Origin: Limisphaerales bacterium
GTDB lineage: Bacteria; Verrucomicrobiota; Verrucomicrobiia; Limisphaerales; JAJOIW01
Assembly: GCA_965657355.1 (NCBI GenBank)
Contig: CBFHOE010000007.1
Span: 128,001 to 192,000, forward strand
Direction: 5' to 3'
Length of the DNA stretch: 64,000 nucleotides
Below the pieces are notes generated by a model. The model worked only from the letters and a program-made list of their open reading frames with translations. It did no database searches and had not been told where the DNA came from. Shown piece by piece: positions 39,365 through 46,673 of the stretch. Position numbers and translations under genes: made by a program. Positions within the stretch are counted from its first letter, which is position 1, and each line of letters opens with the position of its first letter.

Positions 39365-42289
39365 TCATAGTTTCAAAGAGCGAGCTACACGTATCATTTC
39401 CAGCAATTGAACAGGGCGCTTGTCATTTGGGTAATTTGAGATAACAGATTCAATAACTTTTTGGATGTAAGCCAAATCAACAGACGTTCCATATGGATTC
39501 CCAGATATCCTCTCGGCAAATACCCCACTGGAAAATGCCAACTTGATAGGAAAATTAGCATTGTCCATACTCGGAGCACTACCGCTAAAGCCAATGACTT
39601 TCAATTTCATATGAACCTGTTCGGTCTGAGGATCCTTATATCTAACCCTGAGCCACCCTATAGGACCTTGGCCGTCACTTTTAGTTTCTACAATGTAAAC
39701 GGCCTGAGCATCCTCAGCTTTGGGAATTTCACCAGCATCAACACTGTTGTCGTAAAATTGTTGTTTGGTCAATCTATGCTTCATATAGCCAACCTGGCGA
39801 TACCTACTTACTCTTTGAGGATTAAACTCGACCTGTATTTTCACGTCTTTTGCCGCAACTTGAACGGCGCCCAACCATCGTTTTTTAAAATATTCGCGAG
39901 CTGAATTCGCGTCTCCCAAAAAACCATAAGTCCCGTTACTATTTCGAGTTATTTCTTCAAGAATTAAATCATCAAATCCATCCCACCCAATCCCTAAGCA
40001 ATCAAGTGAAATTCCAGCAAGTCGCCCTTTGTCTACCTGAACCTTTAACCCAGTAGGGTCCACATTGCCAAGGTTCGCAGCACCATCGGTGAGGAGCAAT
40101 ATTCGATTAACTCCTCCCTCAATGAAGTTTTCCTTTGCTTTTTGATAAGCTTGCTTTAGCGCAAGATCAATATTTGTTCCACCATCAGGTTGAATACCAT
40201 CAACAACTGACAGGAATTTTTTCTGGTTTCCTCCCGGCGAATTATCAATCCAAACCTTGGGTAATCTCGAAAATCCAATAAATGTAATTCTGTCTTTCTG
40301 AGTCAGAACATTTGAAATAACCCCTAAAATACCGTGAGTAATTTCGATTCTATCCGGCCGCTGCATTGATCCAGAGGTATCTTGTAAAACAACCAAATTC
40401 ATTCTCTGTTTTTGATCCCAGCCCTGAGATGCCGTTTGGATTCCAACACGGAGCACTTCACGATTAGTTTCGAATGGGTGTCTCGCTCGCTCGTAATGCA
40501 TTGAAATCGCGGCTTCTAATTCCGGTCTGGGGTCCTTGTAATCGAAAGCATTGATAAACTCCTCGCTTCTGATTTGGCTCCTATCAGGTGCCTTTCCTTG
40601 ACTAAACGCTGCCTGCGCAAGTTGGAAAGAAACATCATTCACATTCAATGAAAATGAAGAGAAAGCATTTTCTATTGTATCGATTTCAGGAAAAGGCTCA
40701 GATTCGGTTTTTGGCACAATTCTTTGAGTTACCTTTTCCACCTCAGATAGATGCGATTGCTTTAGTTTTAATAATTTTTTTTCCTTAGTTTGTATGGGAA
40801 CCTCTTTGTTGAGGCTTTGATATTTTGGTTCTGCTTTCATCAGAGCGCCATTAGCAACTCCATTGATTCGACCTTCAATTTCTGGCAACCCTTTTTGGGA
40901 GCTTCTATTCAATCCAATTTGATTCTGTAGGGAAGCGTCGGGGCCATCCATAGCTGGCACAGTACCATTTTTGCCAAATAAATAACCGGTAACAGGCACA
41001 TCTGCCAAAACAGGCGGTTCTGGAGCTGGTTCCGGTAATCCTCCTCTATTTGAATTACGAGTTGCTGAATATGAATTTAAGCCGGATTGCCTTTGCCGAG
41101 GCGATAGTTTCAATTGCGAATCATTTGACAAAGACCCGGGTCTACCGAAACGGCGTATCTGACCCTCTATTCCATTATCAGATTGGTCCTCTGAGCCAAC
41201 ACCTGGAACAAACCCTCCTCCTCCAAACCCTCCTCCTGATAAAGTTGAGCCAAAACCTGCATCTGTTTCATAGCCTGAGCTGACGTTTAGGCCCTCACTG
41301 TCAAAATCATTTGCCTTGGAATATCGAGACTTCAAACCAGCTGAATCCACGGAGTCATCAATTATTTCCGCAGCCGTTATGCCACTTGGAGCTTCCTCCT
41401 GGAATAAATCCGAATTTTTTCGACGCCCCCGATCATTATACAACTCGGTCATTGCGATAGTTTCAGTTGTTGCAGCGACTGGCGACGTTGAGGGTTTAGG
41501 GGATGGCCTTGCGGGACTTGAATTTACCTCAACTATTTGATTATTTATTGCCGTATTGGCAGCTATTTTAGAGGCATCTTTTTCACCCAGCATGACCCGC
41601 GTTTCTTCTAATCGAGAGACATTCCCTTCAAAACCACGCTCAGTTTCTTGATACCTGTTGCTCTCAGGTTTTGAGGCTTGATGGGGAAAAGCTCGACCTC
41701 CAATTTCTGAATGATTAGCTAAAGAATCTTGTTCGTAATACCCAGAAGCTGTTTCTGCGTAATCCATGTCCGGAGATGGATCATCAGTTTGCGCTGAACC
41801 ACTGGACCTAAGTTCAATATTTCCTATCTGATCACTTTGTATTTCAGATAAGACGATCGGATTGTTTTTAAACAAAAGCTCCCGAAATATTATAACCAAA
41901 ATAATAAGAGTGACTGCACCGACAAGGGCTCCTGAAAATTCATGAGCAAACTTTGTTAGTTGTATTTTTTTTAACAGCTTTAAAAATGGAGGTAGGCTGA
42001 AATTAAAACTTGGAAGACTTCTTTTGACCGGTTTACCACTAAGTTTTTGAAGAAGTTTGGCTCTTCGTTTTTTATCGAATGACAAATCTGAGTTGGGATC
42101 GGCTTGGGTCATACCATCCCGCAGGGCGGAGCTAAGCCTCTCGACTTCTGCTTCCCAATCTTTGTAAGATTTATCTTGGGCGATTTCCTTATTTAATTCA
42201 TTTACACCAAAAGAACTCAATTCACCCAAAGATTTGGATGTCACTTTTTCTTCAAAAGAGTGTAATTTATCTTTTGATTTATCACTCAT
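39365..42289 (-). CDS. Membrane-anchored VWA protein, YfbK/DUF3520-like, with anti-sigma-like N-terminus (paralog 1)
   Basis: Overlaps the sigma stop by 8 nt; TM FSGALVGAVTLIILVIIF; low-complexity linker; SSFSLNVNDVSF, IRSEEFINAFDY, MIDAS DTSGS / GGTN / LLLTDG, AKDVKIQVEFNP...YRQVGY. Confidence 0.87.
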   Translation of the reverse strand: MSDKSKDKLHSFEEKVTSKSLGELSSFGVNELNKEIAQDKSYKDWEAEVERLSSALRDGMTQADPNSDLSFDKKRRAKLLQKLSGKPVKRSLPSFNFSLPPFLKLLKKIQLTKFAHEFSGALVGAVTLIILVIIFRELLFKNNPIVLSEIQSDQIGNIELRSSGSAQTDDPSPDMDYAETASGYYEQDSLANHSEIGGRAFPHQASKPESNRYQETERGFEGNVSRLEETRVMLGEKDASKIAANTAINNQIVEVNSSPARPSPKPSTSPVAATTETIAMTELYNDRGRRKNSDLFQEEAPSGITAAEIIDDSVDSAGLKSRYSKANDFDSEGLNVSSGYETDAGFGSTLSGGGFGGGGFVPGVGSEDQSDNGIEGQIRRFGRPGSLSNDSQLKLSPRQRQSGLNSYSATRNSNRGGLPEPAPEPPVLADVPVTGYLFGKNGTVPAMDGPDASLQNQIGLNRSSQKGLPEIEGRINGVANGALMKAEPKYQSLNKEVPIQTKEKKLLKLKQSHLSEVEKVTQRIVPKTESEPFPEIDTIENAFSSFSLNVNDVSFQLAQAAFSQGKAPDRSQIRSEEFINAFDYKDPRPELEAAISMHYERARHPFETNREVLRVGIQTASQGWDQKQRMNLVVLQDTSGSMQRPDRIEITHGILGVISNVLTQKDRITFIGFSRLPKVWIDNSPGGNQKKFLSVVDGIQPDGGTNIDLALKQAYQKAKENFIEGGVNRILLLTDGAANLGNVDPTGLKVQVDKGRLAGISLDCLGIGWDGFDDLILEEITRNSNGTYGFLGDANSAREYFKKRWLGAVQVAAKDVKIQVEFNPQRVSRYRQVGYMKHRLTKQQFYDNSVDAGEIPKAEDAQAVYIVETKSDGQGPIGWLRVRYKDPQTEQVHMKLKVIGFSGSAPSMDNANFPIKLAFSSGVFAERISGNPYGTSVDLAYIQKVIESVISNYPNDKRPVQLLEMIRVARSLKL

Positions 42290-42920
42290 CCCAGAACCCC
42301 CCTTTTTTCAGCCTAGCCCCAAGATCTTTTATGGCGTGATGAAGAATATAGCCAACATTGCTTACTGAGATGCCCATTTGTTGACTAATTTGCTTATACG
42401 AAAAGTCATTTTGAAATTTGAGTTCTACGACTTTCTTAGCCCTTTCGTCCAGGCTGCTCATCTGTGACATGATAAAATCTATAACTTCTTGATATTGGAT
42501 ATAGGAATCAGGGTCCAATGGTACTTCACCATGCTCAAGAAATGCTCTCCGACTGTCTTTTTCTTGATCCTCGAGATAGACTAATTTTTTTCTTTTCCTG
42601 TAGACATTCATGGCCAGGTTATAGACTGTCCTATATAGCCATGGTCTGGGCTTCTCTATCTCATCAAATATGGAATACAATCTCAAGAAAGCTTCCTGAA
42701 CCAAATCCTGGGCCGTTGCTCGATCAGATACCAACCGAATAGCATACGCCATTAGAGGTTTTTCTAAAACCTCAAATAGGCCAGTTAAATCCAGCTGATC
42801 ATAATTACCAGATTCAGACTCTGATCGCGATTCCGTCAGTCCCATTGCATTTGGAAATTTGAGAGCAAATAGAATATGCTCATATATTATATGTAACTTT
42901 AAAAGGATAGGTCTTAGCAA
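42282..42920 (-). CDS. ECF-type RNA polymerase sigma factor (start probably ATG 42845)
   Basis: Region 2 (AQDLVQEAFLRL, WLYRTVYNLAMN) and region 4 (LDERAKKVVELKF, FSYKQISQQMGISVSNVG); no region 3. Confidence 0.93.
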   Translation of the reverse strand: MLRPILLKLHIIYEHILFALKFPNAMGLTESRSESESGNYDQLDLTGLFEVLEKPLMAYAIRLVSDRATAQDLVQEAFLRLYSIFDEIEKPRPWLYRTVYNLAMNVYRKRKKLVYLEDQEKDSRRAFLEHGEVPLDPDSYIQYQEVIDFIMSQMSSLDERAKKVVELKFQNDFSYKQISQQMGISVSNVGYILHHAIKDLGARLKKGGFWDE

Positions 42921-42953
42921 AAATTCTTTTTTTTGCTAAAAAAACGAAATATT

Positions 42954-44105
42954 TCAAAACGGCCAGATGTTCCCCGTAGCGATGTATTGTTCGAGCCACC
43001 ACTTACCTCCAAAGATATAGATTATCGCAGCAACCGAAATGTACGGTCCAAATGGGATTCTTGATGACCATTCTCGACGTTTAAAAAGTATGAGGCTGAG
43101 GCCCACTACAGAACCAAGTATAGAGCTCAACATAATAGTGAAGAACACTGATTTCCACCCCAAAAAGGCACCTATGGCCGCCATATATTTGACATCCCCA
43201 AACCCCATGGCTTCCTGTGGTTGTATGATTTCATCCGTTTCGACCTCCATCTGGGGAACTTCTTCGGGTTTCCATTGCTCTTCGGCAATTGTTAAAAGAG
43301 AAGGACTGAGAACGACTTCTGTGTTAAAAAAACAACGATCTGGGAGGACGACCTGGGTAGCCACCATGCGCAGTTTATCTGACTCTCGGTAAAAAATATC
43401 ATGATAAGGTGTTTCCATTTCATCACTTCCTGCTACGGAGATCCCGGTTTCAGAAAATAATAATTTCGTCCCACTAGGATAGCTGATTTTTTTCTTACCA
43501 AACGCAAATTTGCCCAGTCTAAGAATCGCATACAGTAATCCCCACCCCAGGGCTATTCCTAATAAACTATCAATCATGGATTCCACATTAGAGTCCATTC
43601 CATGGAGTTTAGGCACACCAAAAGATAGAAAAAACCCCACAACAATCCCTCCCAAAGTGATAGAATCTGGAATGATATAATGTTCAAAATCTACCCAGGT
43701 AGCGACGAGCAAACCACAAAGGAAAAGAGAAATACTTAAGACGAATAAATGCGAGGGCAGGAGGTCTTCAATGTTTCCAAACTTAGCCCAGGCCCCTGTA
43801 AATATCCCGCCTGTCAAAATCTCGACAATCAAATATTGAGGTGAAATCCTCTTTCCACAATGACTACATTTCCCACGTAATATTATCCAGGTCGCTATGG
43901 GAATATTAAGATAAAATGGGATTTTGTAATCGCAGCTAGGGCAATGAGAAGGCGGATGCACTACGCTCAAATCCCGAGGAAGTCTGTAAATACATACATT
44001 AAGAAAACTTCCCACCATGGAGCCAAAAATAAAATAGACCACCAACCAAAATTCAAATGGTAAACGGGTCCAAGTTTCAGGATCTAACGCAGCTAGAGCT
44101 AACAT
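42954..44105 (-). CDS. pilD: Prepilin peptidase (A24A) with ~95-aa soluble insertion
   Basis: GSFLNVCIYRLP, SHCPSC and GKCSHC zinc motifs, D in WVDFEHYIIPD, MGFGDVK, IPFGPYI. Confidence 0.92.
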   Translation of the reverse strand: MLALAALDPETWTRLPFEFWLVVYFIFGSMVGSFLNVCIYRLPRDLSVVHPPSHCPSCDYKIPFYLNIPIATWIILRGKCSHCGKRISPQYLIVEILTGGIFTGAWAKFGNIEDLLPSHLFVLSISLFLCGLLVATWVDFEHYIIPDSITLGGIVVGFFLSFGVPKLHGMDSNVESMIDSLLGIALGWGLLYAILRLGKFAFGKKKISYPSGTKLLFSETGISVAGSDEMETPYHDIFYRESDKLRMVATQVVLPDRCFFNTEVVLSPSLLTIAEEQWKPEEVPQMEVETDEIIQPQEAMGFGDVKYMAAIGAFLGWKSVFFTIMLSSILGSVVGLSLILFKRREWSSRIPFGPYISVAAIIYIFGGKWWLEQYIATGNIWPF

Positions 44106-44157
44106 TGATTTAAAGTGATTGACTTACTGTGTTCGGATTAAATAAATAAAACATAAA

Positions 44158-45096
44158 TTATGAGCATGCCTTTTTGTATACATGCTGATGAAGCGCCTTT
44201 TTCATGACGTCTACAGGGACTTTTTGCTGTGACCAAATTTCCAGCGCCGCAACTCCTTGATAAAGTAACATTCCAAGACCGTTAGCTATTTGACATCCAT
44301 GCTCTTTTGCCAATTTGAGGAAAGGTGTCTCTGGTGGCTGATAAATCATGTCAAAGGCATATCGAATTTTAGAAAAATCGATAGCCGTTTGATCAAAAGG
44401 AAGTGAATCATTTGGCTTTAACCCAAGGGATGTAGCATTGATGATAAGGTCTATATTTGAGTTTTTTCCAGGATAACCAACGTTTGTATGAATACCCTGG
44501 TAATTATGATCAATAAACTCCTTTAGCTCGTGACACTTTTCGACGGTTCTGTTGACTAAATATAAATCAGCCACTTTTTCATCCGCCAATTTCAGTGCCG
44601 CAACTCTCCCTGCCCCACCGGCCCCAAGTAGAATGACAGATTTCCCATTCAGCTCTATACTAAGATCTTCCTTTATGGCCCGGATAACTGCATTTGCATC
44701 AGTATTGTAACCAATCATTCGGGTTTCAGAAAACTCATCCGAATTAAGCTGCCAGACAGGCACCCAATTACCGCCTGAAGACTTACCTTCAAATCGAACT
44801 GTGTTTACAGCCCCCCACCTTTTTGCGCTGGCATCAAGATGGTCCATCATATCAAGCGCAAGTAATTTGTGAGGCACCGTCAGATTCATCCCAACAAATC
44901 CCATATGTTTTGCACCATTAAGAACTTCTTTCAATTGATTTGGGGGCACCTCAAAGGCAAGGTAATTCCAGTCTAGCCCCATATCCTCCATCGCGGGGTT
45001 GTGCATCGCTGGAGACCCACTATGCTTTATCGGAAAGCCAAGAACCCCACAATACTTTGTTGTAGCTTTTATTTGATTAAACTGAAACCCGGTCAT
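44158..45096 (-). CDS. aroE: Shikimate dehydrogenase
   Basis: GFPIKHSGSPAMHN, GMNLTVPHK, GAVNT, GYNTD, LGAGGAG, INATSLG, DMIY, GLGMLLYQG. Confidence 0.93.
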   Translation of the reverse strand: MTGFQFNQIKATTKYCGVLGFPIKHSGSPAMHNPAMEDMGLDWNYLAFEVPPNQLKEVLNGAKHMGFVGMNLTVPHKLLALDMMDHLDASAKRWGAVNTVRFEGKSSGGNWVPVWQLNSDEFSETRMIGYNTDANAVIRAIKEDLSIELNGKSVILLGAGGAGRVAALKLADEKVADLYLVNRTVEKCHELKEFIDHNYQGIHTNVGYPGKNSNIDLIINATSLGLKPNDSLPFDQTAIDFSKIRYAFDMIYQPPETPFLKLAKEHGCQIANGLGMLLYQGVAALEIWSQQKVPVDVMKKALHQHVYKKACS

Positions 45097-45181
45097 TCAA
45101 GTGCTCACCTTATCCCATATCGTTGAAACAGACCAGTGTATTAAGCAGACCCCGTCGCTAGAGCAATTCAGGGGGCTTTAC

Positions 45182-45217
45182 AAAAAAAATGAAGTGAAAT
45201 TAAATTCACTTCATTTT
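45182..45217 (-). terminator. Intrinsic terminator after the DUF1800-DUF1501 operon
   Basis: 13-bp inverted repeat aaaatgaagtgaa (45186-45198) / ttcacttcatttt (45205-45217), 6-nt loop; on the minus strand it runs into a U8 tract. Confidence 0.7.
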
Positions 45218-45253
45218 CTATCACAACTATTGAATGTAAAGCCCAACAAATAC

Positions 45254-46621
45254 TTAGATAAATCCTAGGGATGTAAATTCCGTTGGATCGTCAATTTTAG
45301 CTATGGAATAGGCCGGAATAATCTCGTCCAGGTTGTCTTCATCAACACCGAAATGACCAGTAAAAATATCTCCAAAAACGCAGCGAAAATCAGTCCTGCG
45401 AGAGAGATAACGGTCATTTACCTGAAATATTGGACTATCGGTCCAGGTGGAAGCATCACAATTGTAAACTCCGCCTTTTATTCCTCCTCCGGCAACAAAC
45501 ATAGATGTCGCTTCCGCGTGATCTGTTCCACGACTATCGTTTTCTTTTGAAGTTCTTCCGAACTCTGTCATGGAAACAATGATCAGATCATCCCATATAT
45601 CTTGAAGGTCCCTGTACAAAGCTTGATATCCAGATGCCACATCGTATAGGAGATTCCCATGTTTACCGTTGATTTGCCCTTGGTTGTTATGCGTATCCCA
45701 ACCGCCTATGTTGACTCCTAGAACCTTGACATCTGTTCTTTTGAGAAGCATTGCACACTGTTCCAATTTGTTCCCGAAACTATCGTCCATGTATGTTGCA
45801 CCGTTTTGTGGTGTATATGGGCCCTGGTCAACAGCATTTTGCAGTGTTTCCATGGTAGCTCCTAGCAACTCTCCAGTGCCATGAACGAGGTTTCTATATT
45901 TTTTACCAATCAGATCATGCGCACCTGTGTATAAACCAAGGATACCCGAACCTCTGTTTCCATCTACGCCTGGAGCACCGAGTAGCTTCCTTGATGCTTC
46001 AGAGGAACCAGGAAATCTGAATTGCTCTGCCCTGCGGAAGTTTGGAATAGCCTTGGGGCCTTTTAATGCGACTAATTGCGAACCTCCCGTGATACCCGCG
46101 GCTATGAAACTATTTTCCTTCGAACTGAAATCATAATTATTTGCGAGGTACCTGTAGAACATTCCTTCCTCTAATCCGTCATTTCCAGGCAATCCATTTT
46201 CCCAATATTGCTGGCTTGAAAAATGGGATCGCGACTGCCCCGAGTATCCGACCCGGTGAATGACAGCCAAATTGCCAGGACCTTCAAGCCCGTTGAGTGC
46301 GGAATTATTATATATCTCCATCATTGGCTCCATTCTCGGATGAAGCTGCGCAAACCCGTTACCAAGATCTAGCCCAAGATCTTCTGGTATATATAATGTC
46401 GGGCGGGTCGTCGTAGAATAATCGCTGTCCCCTCGTGGGATGACTGTGTTGAGACCATCGTTCCCTCCTCGCTGAAAAATGAAAATCATTTTTTTGTTAT
46501 CCAGCGCGCCAGCATCGGCTGCCATTAAATTTCTAGTAAAGAGATTGAGGGGACTGTTCATAGCAACCCCAAGCCCTGCACTAAGTAATCCTGATGATTT
46601 GATAAATTCTCTGCGTTTCAT
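45254..46621 (-). CDS. DUF1501 family protein (DUF1800-associated type), Tat signal
   Basis: MKRREFIK, FQRGGNDGLNTVIP, SRSHF, GGWDTH, TEFGRT...GTDH. Confidence 0.9.
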   Translation of the reverse strand: MKRREFIKSSGLLSAGLGVAMNSPLNLFTRNLMAADAGALDNKKMIFIFQRGGNDGLNTVIPRGDSDYSTTTRPTLYIPEDLGLDLGNGFAQLHPRMEPMMEIYNNSALNGLEGPGNLAVIHRVGYSGQSRSHFSSQQYWENGLPGNDGLEEGMFYRYLANNYDFSSKENSFIAAGITGGSQLVALKGPKAIPNFRRAEQFRFPGSSEASRKLLGAPGVDGNRGSGILGLYTGAHDLIGKKYRNLVHGTGELLGATMETLQNAVDQGPYTPQNGATYMDDSFGNKLEQCAMLLKRTDVKVLGVNIGGWDTHNNQGQINGKHGNLLYDVASGYQALYRDLQDIWDDLIIVSMTEFGRTSKENDSRGTDHAEATSMFVAGGGIKGGVYNCDASTWTDSPIFQVNDRYLSRRTDFRCVFGDIFTGHFGVDEDNLDEIIPAYSIAKIDDPTEFTSLGFI

Positions 46622-46673
46622 TTCTTTTTCCTTATCTAATTCCAGTTTTTAGTTTTTATCTTGAAGTTGAAAA

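Noticed and set aside
41209..41237. 14-bp direct repeat caaaccctcctcct x2
   Set aside because: Simply encodes the Gly-rich GGGFGGGGF stretch of the VWA linker; not a CRISPR or mobile-element repeat.
29257..42289. MoxR/VWA (Bat-like) chaperone operon or anti-phage defence system
   Set aside because: No AAA+ ATPase, DUF58, nuclease or other defence-type domain is recognisable; the VWA domains are extracytoplasmic and sigma-linked.
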